NCBI RefSeq assembly: GCF_006345805.1
Contig: NC_043015.1
Span: forward strand, 28,706,001-28,770,000
Source: Octopus sinensis
Taxonomy: Eukaryota
DNA length: 64,000 bases
Direction of reading: 5' to 3'
Every line of letters begins with the position of its first letter. Within the stretch, counting starts at the first letter, position 1. The position numbers and the translations under genes are program-made. The notes under the pieces are model-generated. The model did not search any database. It was not told the DNA's origin and saw nothing but the letters and a program-made list of their open reading frames with translations. Shown in pieces: positions 9,499 through 21,132 of the stretch.

Positions 9499-10784
9499 TA
9501 TTATTTCTGGTTCATCACACATTATACGCCGAGATCGTTAATTAGTCTACCGTACACATTCTGGAGTCAACTGCAGTCTACGTGGTCGTCGGCAGAACTT
9601 CTTTTCTACTTTATGCTGCAGTTAACTTCTATTTTGCGCTATAGAAATTTTAAAACAAAAATGTTTCTCCCATTTTAACTCTATCAGCAAGGAACGAAAC
9701 TCGACATACTAATTACTTCACATTCATTGCCACGTCGCTCGAACTTTCCTCGCAAAGTCTCTTCATTATCGACGACATTCCATAGTTTTGTCATGCATTA
9801 TTTGAAAGTCAAATCACGGCAAAACTTCACCATGTAGCAGATTAAATTCTTTTTTTTTTTTCACTTCGTCTTTTTAGATAAAATAAGACAAGTTATTCAC
9901 ATTAACCGAATGTTTTGTATGAAATAAAATAATGGAAATTATTTATTATTAGCGTGTTCATTTTCGAAAACTTTCATTCTTTAAAAAACTTGGCTGACAT
10001 CAAAATCTAGATATGAGTCAAAGAGAAAACCCCTACGTGGTCAATAGACCAGCCAAATCTTCCTAAAATCATATCCTACCTTGAAAAATAAGAAAACGGT
10101 TAATTTCTGTATCAATCTAATAGGAGTGTCTGGGATAGCTATTTCTTTATTACCCACAAGGGGCTAAACACAGAGGGGACAAACAAGGACAGACATAGGT
10201 ATTCAGTCCATTACATCGACACCAGTGCGTAACTGGTACTTAATTTATCGACCCCGAAAGGATAAAAGGCAAAGTCGACCTTGGCGGAATTTGAACCCAG
10301 AACGTATCGCTGACGAAATACCGCTAAGCATTTCGCCCGTCGTGCTAACTTTTCTGCCAGCGAATCGGTTACTCCCTAGTTTTGTGGTGTTGGCAGTCGG
10401 TGTTATAGGATGTGATGAGCTAAGTGGTGCACTGGTGATAGATGAAGTGGGCGGAAGACTGCAGAATGCATGCGCAGCAGGAGTTTGTCAAGCAGGACAG
10501 TTCCAACATAGACGGGAAAGCGATAAGACGTGTAGAATTCGTGAAAGAGACCGCTGATTTCGAAGAGGTAAGGCCTTTTGTATTTCTTTCTCCCGTTGCT
10601 TCTTTTTCTGTTGTCTTCTTCATCCATCACACTACAAGTTTAATACCCGGCCACCAGAACAAGAAGAAAAAAGTTAACGAATCTGGAAAACAAAATTTGC
10701 GTAAACGAAACGGAGAGGAGGAGAGGACTTTCGGAAAATTCACACAATCCGATTTTTTCCCTCATAACTTTCAGGAGCCAATGG

Positions 10785-11632
10785 GGCAATGTTTCGTTTG
10801 TAGTAGCACGCTTGTAGCACGTTTCCGTCGATTTCCTCCGTCGATTTCCGTAAAAAAACATTTGAAGTAATGAGAACGAAAGAGACGAAGAGGAAGCGAT
10901 TTTATGACGAGGAAATTTCTTTTGAAGCTATGAAAGCATTGATGTACACGTGTGTGTGTGTTTGATGCGGTGTGGGAGACAGACAGTATGTTGTGTAAGT
11001 GAAGTGCTTCTGTTAGTGTGTGTGAAGAGACAGAGAGAGAGTAATGTGTGAAAGAGAGAGATAACTGAAATTTTTTACTCGATGTATGTATATATGTATG
11101 TATGTATGTATGTATGGCCGATTCAGTGTAATTTTTTACACATACTTACACACACACACACATACATAGATACATACACACACATACATACATGCAGACA
11201 TACATATACACATACACCGAGTAAAAAATTACTGAATCGGCCATACATACACACACACATACATACACACACACATACATAGATACATACACACACACAC
11301 ATACATGCAGCCATAAATCGAGTAAAAAATTTCAGTTATCTCTCTCTTTCACACATTACTCTCTCTGTCTCTTCACACACACTAACAGAAGCACTTCACT
11401 TACACAACATACTGTCTGTCTCCCACACCCCATCAAACACACACACACACGTACATCAATGCTTTCATAGCTTCAAAAGAAATTTCCTCGTCATAAAATC
11501 GCTTCCTCTTAGTCTCTTTCGCTCTCATTACTTCAAATGTTCCCGCAAAGCCATATGTAAAAAAAATAAAAGTTTTTTACAGAAATCGACGGAAACGTGC
11601 TACAAGCGTGCTACTACAAACGACACATTGCC
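10785..11632. mobile_element. Foldback/MITE-like element with ~300-bp imperfect terminal inverted repeats
   Basis: GGCAATGTTTCGTTTGTAGTAG... (10785-11085) mirrors ...CTACTACAAACGACACATTGCC (11319-11632); interior is (CATA)n with inverted sub-repeats. Confidence 0.8.
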
Positions 11633-11996
11633 GAAAAGGGATATCTTTTAATCAAATTTTATATAAATACCTTTCAAACAGCATAGATTAAGATTATAAA
11701 GAAATTTCTCGTGGAAAAATTTTTAAGGAGCAGGGAGAGGAGTTTCCGATCAAGAAGACCACATAAGTTTGAATTTCTCCCTTTTGACTGGGTTTTCCCG
11801 ATTGTTTTTCACCACAACCTTCGAAATGATGGGAAACATCTTGTTATGAAAAAATGGTTTGGAAAATTTATGATTTTTTTTTTTTACTCCTCATCCCCTT
11901 TAATGATTATACCAGTGGGCCACACGTGTGCTCCATTGGTGGGATGTGAGCATCAACAAAAAAATGTTAATTTAAATGTTTACCCCACCTGAATTG

Positions 11997-12513
11997 AGGC
12001 GGCGTGTGTGTAAGAAAACAAAAGAGCACGTAGTTGCGCTACATCCTGTTACAGGCACCACTACGGAATTAGCTGTCAGGAGGAAAGTAAAAGAAAGTGT
12101 GACTTCAATCTGACGTCACTTGTTTGTTTCCGTAGAACTTATCAAATTAAAAAATGCAAAGTTAATATATTTTCTGAAATTGCAAATTATTTAGAATATA
12201 AAAATATAATTTTCAACTGAGAGAATTTAATGAAATATAAAACAAATGCTTGTGTGTAAGGCGGCGTGTGTGTAAGAAAACAAAAGAGCACGTAGTTGCG
12301 CTACATCCTGTTACAGGCACCACTACGGAATTAGCTGTCAGGAGGAAAGTAAAAGAAAGTGTGACTTCAATCTGACGTCACTTGTTTGTTTCCGTAGAAC
12401 TTATCAAATTAAAAAATGCAAAGTTAATATATTTTCTGAAATTGCAAATTATTTAGAATATAAAAATATAATTTTCAACTGAGAGAATTTAATGAAATAT
12501 AAAACAAATGCTT
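11997..12513. repeat. 262-bp direct tandem duplication present only in unit 1
   Basis: AGGCGGCGTGTGTGTAAG starts at 11997 and 12259; unit 2 has a single copy (19927-20180). Confidence 0.9.
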
Positions 12514-12542
12514 TGTAGATACTTCTATTCTGTAACGTTTCA

Positions 12543-13465
12543 AATGCATGGGTATAGATGTTGAATTTGTTCCAATAACTTTCCAAAGATTTCGTCCTTA
12601 AATTCATAATGCCACATGAATTCAATGAGATGGGATTGAAGTAAATTTCGGGCTGTTCCATTTTCTCTTTTGTTACGATTCTTTACATGCTTCCATAAAC
12701 ATTCTATGTGGTTGGTTGTGGCAAATGTTACCGGATCAACAAAATTTATTGCCGGTGGCACATAAAATACACCAATCTGACCGTGGCCGTTGCCAGCCTC
12801 GCCTGGCACCTGTGCAGGTGGCACGTAAAAAGCACCCACTACACTCACGGAGTGGTTGGCGTTAGGAAGGGCATCCAGCTGTAGAAACATTGCCAGATTA
12901 GACTGGAGCCTGGTGCAGCCTTCTGGCTTCCCAGAACCCCGGTCGAACCGTCCAACCCATGCTAGCATGGAGAACGGACGTTAAACGATGATGATGATGA
13001 TGATGATGATTCACAGTCAAATGCCTATATCCTAGCTGATTGAGCGTATTATACGAACGCCAGAGGTTAGAAATTACAGTTGTACCAGGCTATATACGCT
13101 CTTGTATAATTTCTAAAAGAGTGTCCGCAGTCCGATCTTCCACTGCCACCAAATACCATCTTCTAGTATCCCTTTCCAAAGCACCAAAAACCCACTGCGT
13201 TTTAACCTGATGGCCAACATTATATTTTCTTCTAACAAACGCTCTTTCATCTATCTCTACAATTCAGTTTGGCCCTCCGAGCTTAATGTTTTGTGCAACA
13301 TAATATTCTGCACATATATCACAGCAAAAATTTCTCCAATCTATACGGCATTCCTGGGCTATTCCCTTTGCTAAATCTTCTTTTGCCCAATAATATAAAA
13401 TATCAATAATCTGCTCGCACTTTAACTTACTATTCTCTAGAAATGTTCCTTGAAGGATGTAGCCA
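12543..13465 (-). mobile_element. Merlin (IS1595/ISXO2-like DDE) transposase remnant, copy 1
   Basis: Minus strand: ...KLGGPN*IVEIDERAFVRRKYNVG...WVFGALERDTRR...TLLEIIQERI*PGTTVISNLWRSY...GYRHLTVNH[SINE]INFVDPVTFATTNHIECLWKHVK...HLIEFMW; two stops and a SINE C insertion at 12749-13011. Confidence 0.88.
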
Positions 13466-14036
13466 AAAAAAATTTGTCGGATGGCGTGATATGGTCATGT
13501 GGAAGGCCTTGCAGAAAAATGGTTTCAATTAGAAAAGGAGGATCTATTTCTTTTGAACGGCAGTTTTCAACACAATTTCTGGCTCTCTTGAGAAAATTGT
13601 AATTTGTAAGTTTAACGTAGTTTAATTTTTCAGATTTTAACCAATCAATGGCCTCTACTCAACACTGTTCATGAATTATTTCACCATGGTTAACAGCAGA
13701 TACAACCTGCGAGAACCTTCTGTACCAAGTAACCGGCTCTGCATAGTAGCCACAGCTTCACGCATGACATGTGCCTCAACTGGCTCTGCATTGCATTCTT
13801 CTAACGTCCTATTATAGACTCTTTCAATGCTCTGTACTTATCGCACACGCATACATCCACGTTTCTGCACACACATTATGTATACATGACGGCCTGTCTA
13901 TTATTATATATACATGACACACACACACAGACACACATGTTAACCTATCAATAAAATCTTTCTCTTAAACATTCTACTGGTTGTGTCTCTCTTTTCCTGC
14001 TGGCATTCATACTCATTCATCCTTTTTCCTATTTAT

Positions 14037-14421
14037 TGTAATCGACCGTGCGGCGTACTAAAGGAGACATTCTCGTCACCTCTCCTTCACACGGTCATGT
14101 GGTGTGTGCACGATTTGAATATAAAGGCACCTACCTTCTCTTCCTCGTGATGGAGACCCTTCTGTGGTAGCTAATCCTTCGACACAGCTCCAACCCGAAC
14201 ACTAAAGATAGCAGCTGCTCACCCAGACCCTTCGCCACCATCCTCACACGTCTTGTCATTTGGACGACCCACGTTGGAAAGGCCCAATTGACTGCTGCCT
14301 GCGCACGCCTGACAGCAGCCCTTTCCGGTTGCCCCAGCTTCCGGTCAACGCACCCAGCTGCTGACGTCATCCCACAGGTCATTCTACAAACTAAATATTA
14401 ACCATTGAGTCTAGGTTTACA
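14037..14421 (+). mobile_element. Solo-LTR-like segment (copy at 21684-22068)
   Basis: TGTAA...TTACA termini, 385 bp, GC-richer than flanks, AATATAAA at ~14119; no target duplication seen. Confidence 0.35.
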
Positions 14422-14967
14422 GGATCCGGTCTAGCTTGGTATTACACTAATTAGTTCAACATCACCTCCAGGCACATTAAGGCCTTTTTTGAGGATGTCA
14501 TTTTGTTGCAAGTATTTGACCAGGCTCTCAGCAGGTGGAGTATATCATTGTACTTGATACCTTATCTTACCATATATGCAAAAAATGAAAACTAAACCTG
14601 CTCCATTCAAATTTGTCTCTGAAATGCAAACATGGTTAAGTTCCAACATCATCTTATAAATGAAACTTTTAAGATATGTGCCAAATATCAGATAAATATT
14701 GGAGAAAAAAATGGTTATATTAATTAATCATATAAATTTTTAATTATTTTAAAAACTGTTTAAAACACATTAACTCTGTGTTATGTTAAAAATATGTTCA
14801 TGTAAAAGTTAAAATTAGAGTTTGATCAGAAGAGATTTCAGACTTTGCTTTTATAGATGTCTCTAATTACAGTAATGTCTAATAAAATATTTTGAAATGT
14901 TTGCAAGAATTTATTCTGTATATTTTCTCTTCATATTCTATATTCTCCAGATACTATCGTATACAAT

Positions 14968-16128
14968 ATGGACTCAGCAAAGAAACAAGACATCAGTAAC
15001 CTTGCTGCTTCAATTGATTATTTTACAAACAGTCTTTATCAAGCTGTGGCTACAGGAATCAATGAAAATGTCTTCATGTCACCATTCAGTGTTGCTACTG
15101 TTTTATCAATGGTTTATTTGGGAGCAAGACAAAACTCTGCCAAACAGTTTGAAAATGTTTTGAAGATAACATCAAATCCAGATTCTGTAGCTTTAGCTTT
15201 TAAAGAATATTTTTCACTTTTGAAAAACTCAGATAAACGCGTCACATCCAATTTAGTGAATCGTTTGTGTGCCAATGAAAAATTCCCTATTTCAGAAGAC
15301 TACAAGAACAACATGGTAAAATATTTCTTTTCAGATATTGAAAATGTAGACTTTATAACAAATGCTGAGAAGACAAGAATAACTATTAATGATTGGGTTA
15401 AGAATACCACAAATAACAAAATTACTGATCTGTTACCAAGTGGAAGTTTGACACCTCAATCGGTTCTAGTTCTTATTAATGCTGTATACTTCAAAGGAAC
15501 GTGGGCTGAAATATTCTCAGAAAGAGCAACATCATCTAGAAAGTTTTATTTAAGCTCTGACAAGACTGTATCTCATGATTTTATGTATCTATCTGAAGGT
15601 TTTAATTCAAAAATAAGTGACAACTATAAAGTGGTTGAGTTACGTTATATAGGGAAAGCATTTAGTATGTTTGTAATTCTTCCCAATGAAATCAATGGTC
15701 TTGCTGCTTTAGAGAAGGAGATCAATGCTCAATTTCTCAAAGATATTATAGACAGAAAAGGATTTGAAGGGTTGTTTCTAGAATTACGTATGCCAAAATT
15801 TCGTTTAGAGAGTAGTTTTCAGTTAGGTGAAGTTTTGATAAAGCTTGGACTCTCTGATATTTTTGATCCTCAAAAAGCTGATTTATCTGGAATGACTGGT
15901 GGTGAGAAGAATATTTATGCCAGTGAAATGTTTCATAAAGCATTTGTTGAAGTTAATGAAGAAGGGACGGAAGCTGCAGCTGCAACTGGAATGTTCGCGA
16001 TGGATTTGTCAGGCTATTTTGGTATGCCTATGGATTTTGATGTCAATCACCCATTCACATTTTTAATTGTTGACAACCAAACTAAAATGATCCATTTCAT
16101 TGGTAAAGTAACAAATCCTACAACATGA
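14968..16128 (+). CDS. Intracellular serpin (clade B/LEI-like), RCL TGMFAMDL-SG, predicted P1 Leu
   Basis: 386-aa intact single-exon ORF; NVFMSPFS, LINAVYFKGTW, MPKF, EEGTEAAAAT hinge and FDVNHPF signature; no signal peptide; acceptor AG at 14949-14950. Confidence 0.96.
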   Translation: MDSAKKQDISNLAASIDYFTNSLYQAVATGINENVFMSPFSVATVLSMVYLGARQNSAKQFENVLKITSNPDSVALAFKEYFSLLKNSDKRVTSNLVNRLCANEKFPISEDYKNNMVKYFFSDIENVDFITNAEKTRITINDWVKNTTNNKITDLLPSGSLTPQSVLVLINAVYFKGTWAEIFSERATSSRKFYLSSDKTVSHDFMYLSEGFNSKISDNYKVVELRYIGKAFSMFVILPNEINGLAALEKEINAQFLKDIIDRKGFEGLFLELRMPKFRLESSFQLGEVLIKLGLSDIFDPQKADLSGMTGGEKNIYASEMFHKAFVEVNEEGTEAAAATGMFAMDLSGYFGMPMDFDVNHPFTFLIVDNQTKMIHFIGKVTNPTT

Positions 16129-16934
16129 GATGATATTGCCCTGTCAAAGATTTCCCTCTTATGGAATACTACATTGTATTATGTGGAGAATGTAACTGAA
16201 CAAATTTATTTAGAATCGTTTTTTTAGTAAAATGACTTAGGACATTATAATTGTAATTGTGTAGAACCAAGGTCATATCTATTCAATGATATATTATAAT
16301 ACCACATTAATCTAAATCAATATTATGAATTTGTATATGCCATACATTGACAGAAAAATTTGACACTTTTTAAAGTATCCTTTCTTTGCAAGTTTACTAT
16401 TTTAACAATATATCTACTGTTGCCTGTAAACGTTATTTTCTGGTTGAATAAAGTGAAATCAATATTTGTATGTTTCATATTAATAAAGTATCTCAGTAAA
16501 TATTCCATTACTATGTATGTGTTGATTGCATCTGGCTTTTATATTCTTTGTTTTAAATTTAGACATTCGAAATTTTTGAGCGCCCGTGTTCACCCTTCGT
16601 AATTATGTCTTGGATCTTGATAAACTAATTACATTGTTTCAATAATTGCGGCATTACAAAACTTTTGGAAAGTTAACAGCCAATGTACCATATACATATA
16701 TATTCTCAAGGTAGCAAAGAGAATATATACCGTCTATTCTAGAATGTTCTATCTATAAGTAGAACAAGAATCAGTGAAGAAATTCCCATCTACTTTTCTA
16801 TTTTTGTTGCTGTTACTGAAATTCCAGTGATGGGGCTTCATTTAATATTTACAAACCAACATTTCCATTTAAAAAAATATTTGAAAATATTAAGCAAGAT
16901 GCAAACAAATCATCATCATCATGATCATCATCAT

Positions 16935-17480
16935 CATCATGCGTCCGCTTTCCGTGCTAGCATGGGTTGGACGGTTCAAACTGGGGTCTGGAAAGCCAGA
17001 AGGCTGCATCAGGCCCAGTCTGATCTGGCAGTTTTTCTATGGCTGGATGCCCTTCCTAACGCCAACCACTCCGTGAGTGTAGTGGGTGCTTTTTACGTGC
17101 CACCAGCACAGGTGTCAGATGGGGCTGGCAAACGGCCACGGTCGGATGGTGCTTTTTACGTGCCACCGGCACGAGGGCCAGGCGGGGCTGGCAACGGACT
17201 AAAAAATAAATGGTGCAAGCCCACCCAGGAGCAGTCAAATTTTCTAGAGTACAGTTGTTGCTGTATAGTTAAGAAGCCCTTCCTAATGCCAACCACTCCG
17301 TGAGTGTAGTGGGTGCTTTTTCCGAGGCCAGACGGGGTGGCGCTGGCAACGGCCACGTTCGGATGGTTCTCTTACATACCACCGGCACTGGTATCACAGC
17401 TGCAATTTCCATTGATGTTCATCAATTTCGATTTTGATTTTCACTTGCCTCAACAGGTCTTCACAAGCAGAGTTTTGTGT
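16935..17480 (-). mobile_element. SINE family C plus adjoining module (copy at 24590-25110)
   Basis: (CAT)n tail and VNTR units TTTTACGTGCCACC. Confidence 0.75.
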
Positions 17481-18237
17481 CCCTAGAAGGAAAGGTATGC
17501 ATAAGTGGATTGGCTACATCCCATGTTGAGGTCATGGCTTATGGTCTTACTTGGCCTCCCAGATCTTCTCATGCACAGCATACTTAAATATATATTTCTT
17601 TACTACCCACAAGGGGCTAAACACAGAATGGACAAACAAGGACAGACAAAGGGATTAAGTCGATTACATCGACCCCAGTGCGTAACTGGTACTTAATTTA
17701 TCGACCACGAAAGGATGAAAGGCAAACTCGACCATGGCGGAATTTGAACTCACAACGTATCGCTGACGAAATACCGCTAAGCATTTCGCCCGTCGTGCTA
17801 ACTTTTCTGCCAGCGAATCGGTTACTACCTAGTTTTGTGGTGTTGGCAGTCGGTGTTATAGGATGTGATGAGCTAAGTGGTGCACTGGTGATAGATGAAG
17901 TGGGCGGAAGACTGCAGAATGCATGCGCAGCAGGAGTTTGTCAAGCAGGACAGTTCCAACATAGACGGGAAAGCGTTAAGACGTGTAGAATTCGTGAAAG
18001 AGACCGCTGATTTCGAAGAGGTAAGGCCTTTTGTATTTCTTTCTCCCGTTGCTTCTTTTTCTGTTGTCTTCTTCATCCATCACACTACAAGTTTAATACC
18101 TGGCCACCAGAACAAGAAGAAAAAAGTTAACGAATCTGGAAAACAAAATTTGCGTAAACGAAACGGAGAGGAGGAGAGGACTTTCGGAAAATTCACACAA
18201 TCCGATTTTTTCCCTCATAACTTTCAGGAGCCAATGG

Positions 18238-19630
18238 GGCAATGTTTCGTTTGTAGTAGCAAAAAATTTCAGTTATGTCTCTCTTTCACACATTACTCTC
18301 TCTGTCTCTTCACACACACTAACAGAAGCACTTCACTTACACAACATACTGTCTGTCTCCCACACCCCATCAAACACACACACACACGTACATCAATGCT
18401 TTCATAGCTTCAAAAGAAATTTCCTCGTCATAAAATCGCTTCCTCTTAGTCTCTTTCGCTCTCATTACTTCAAATGTTCCCGCAAAGCCATATGTAAAAA
18501 AATAAAAGTTTTTTACGGAAATCGACGGAAACGTGCTACAAGCGTGCTACTACAAACGAAACATTGCCATTTCGGCAATGTTTCGTTTGTAGTAGCACGC
18601 TTGTAGCACGTTTCCGTCGATTTCCTCCGTCGATTGTCGATTTCCTCCGTCGATTTCCGTAAAAAAACATTTGAAGTAATGAGAACGAAAGAGACGAAGA
18701 GGAAGCGATTTTATGACGAGGAAATTTCTTTTGAAGCTATGAAAGCATTGATGTACACGTGTGTGTGTGTTTGATGCGGTGTGGGAGACAGACAGTATGT
18801 TGTGTAAGTGAAGTGCTTCTGTTAGTGTGTGTGAAGAGACAGAGAGAGAGTAATGTGTGAAAGAGAGAGATAACTGAAATTTTTTACTCGATGTATGTAT
18901 ATATGTATGTGTGTGTGTATGTATCTATGTATGTATGTGTAAGTATGTATGTATGTATGTATGGCCGATTCAGTGTAATTTTTTACACATACTTACACAC
19001 ACACACACATACATAGATACATACACACACATACATACATGCAGACATACATATACACATACACCGAGTAAAAAATTAGACTGAATCGGCCATAAATACA
19101 TACATACATACACATACACAGATACATAGATACATACACACATACATACATACATTCAGACATACATATACACATACACCGAGTAAAAAATTACTGAATC
19201 GGCCATACATACACACACACATACATAGATACATGCGCACATACATACACACACACATACATACACACACACATACATAGATACATACACACACACACAT
19301 ACATGCAGCCATAAATCGAGTAAAAAATTTCAGTTATCTCTCTCTTTCACACATTACTCTCTCTGTCTCTTCACACACACTAACAGAAGCACTTCACTTA
19401 CACAACATACTGTCTGTCTCCCACACCCCATCAAACACACACACACACGTACATCAATGCTTTCATAGCTTCAAAAGAAATTTCCTCGTCATAAAATCGC
19501 TTCCTCTTAGTCTCTTTCGCTCTCATTACTTCAAATGTTCCCGCAAAGCCATATGTAAAAAAAATAAAAGTTTTTTACAGAAATCGACGGAAACGTGCTA
19601 CAAGCGTGCTACTACAAACGAAACATTGCC
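18238..19630. mobile_element. Rearranged foldback element in unit 2 (stub-R-L-interior-R)
   Basis: 24-bp left stub (18238-18261), extra right arm (18261-18568), ATTTC, then a complete element at 18574-19630 flanked by TTTC on both sides. Confidence 0.8.
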
Positions 19631-20209
19631 TTTCTGGTGGAAAAATTTTTTAGGGAGCAGGGAGAGGAGTTTCCGATCAAGAAGACCACATAAGTTGGAA
19701 TTTCTCCCTTTTGACTGGGTTTTCCCGATTGTTTTTCACCGCAACCTTCGAAATGATGGGAAACATCTTGTTATGAAAAAATGGTTTGGAAAATTTATGA
19801 TTTTTTTTTTTTTTACTCCTCATCCCCTTTAATGATTATACCAGTGGGCCACACGTGTGCTCCATTGGTGGGATATGAGCATCAACAAAAAAATGTTAAT
19901 TTAAATGTTTACCCCACCTGAATTGAGGCGGCGTGTGTGTAAGAAAACAAAAGAGCACGTAGTTGCGCTACATCCTGTTACAGGCACCACTACGGAATTA
20001 GCTGTCAGGAGGAAAGTAAAAGAAAGTGTGACTTCAATCTGACGTCACTTGTTTGTTTCCGTAGAACTTATCAAATTAAAAAATGCAAAGTTAATATATT
20101 TTCTGAAATTGCAAATTATTTAGAAGATAAAAATATAATTTTCAACTGAGAGAATTTAATGAAATATAAAACAAATGCTTTGTAGATACTTCTATTCTGT
20201 AACGTTTCA

Positions 20210-21132
20210 AATGCATGGGTATAGATGTTGAATTTGTTCCAATAACTTTCCAAAGATTTCGTCCTTAAATTCATAATGCCACATGAATTCAATGAGATGG
20301 GATTGAAGTAAATTTCGGGCTGTTCCATTTTCTCTTTTGTTACGATTCTTTACATGCTTCCATAAACATTCTATGTGGTTGGTTGTGGCAAATGTTACCG
20401 GATCAACAAAATTTATTGCCGGTGGCACATAAAATACACCAATCTGACCGTGGCCGTTGCCAGCCTCGCCTGGCACCTGTGCAGGTGGCACGTAAAAAGC
20501 ACCCACTACACTCACGGAGTGGTTGGCGTTAGGAAGGGCATCCAGCTGTAGAAACATTGCCAGATTAGACTGGAGCCTGGTGCAGCCTTCTGGCTTCCCA
20601 GAACCCCGGTCGAACCGTCCAACCCATGCTAGCATGGAGAACGGACGTTAAACGATGATGATGATGATGATGATGATTCACAGTCAAATGCCTATATCCT
20701 AGCTGATTGAGCGTATTATACGAACGCCAGAGGTTAGAAATTACAGTTGTACCAGGCTATATACGCTCTTGTATAATTTCTAAAAGAGTGTCCGCAGTCC
20801 GATCTTCCACTGCCACCAAATACCATCTTCTAGTATCCCTTTCCAAAGCACCAAAAACCCACTGCGTTTTAACCTGATGGCCAACATTATATTTTCTTCT
20901 AACAAACGCTCTTTCATCTATCTCTACAATTCAGTTTGGCCCTCCGAGCTTAATGTTTTGTGCAACATAATATTCTGCACATATATCACAGCAAAAATTT
21001 CTCCAATCTATACGGCATTCCTGGGCTATTCCCTTTGCTAAATCTTCTTTTGCCCAATAATATAAAATATCAATAATCTGCTCGCACTTTAACTTACTAT
21101 TCTCTAGAAATGTTCCTTGAAGGATGTAGCCA
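20210..21132 (-). mobile_element. Merlin transposase remnant, copy 2 (duplicated)
   Basis: Essentially identical to 12543-13465, including the SINE at 20416-20678. Confidence 0.88.

Larger units (their letters stand above)
10141..17592 (+). repeat. Tandem segmental duplication unit 1 (~7.45 kb)
   Basis: Same order as 17593-25224: SINE, foldback element, Merlin remnant, LTR-like, serpin, SINE C. The ORF track shows paired ORFs offset by 7453-7667 bp. Confidence 0.95.

Noticed and set aside
12540-12968. 142-aa ORF (and twin 20207-20635) as a gene
   Set aside because: Chimera of a SINE C antisense frame and the Merlin transposase C-terminus.
13540-14427. Complete TIR element from GGATC (13540) to GGATCC (14427)
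   Set aside because: The right end matches only 5-6 bp of the TIR and no TSD is evident.
16000-16011. P1 = Asp (CrmA-like caspase/granzyme B inhibitor) for the 14968 serpin
   Set aside because: Requires a 16-residue loop; the standard 17 count gives Leu-Ser and aligns with the Ala-Ser and Met-Ser bonds of the paralogs. Cannot be fully excluded without an assay.
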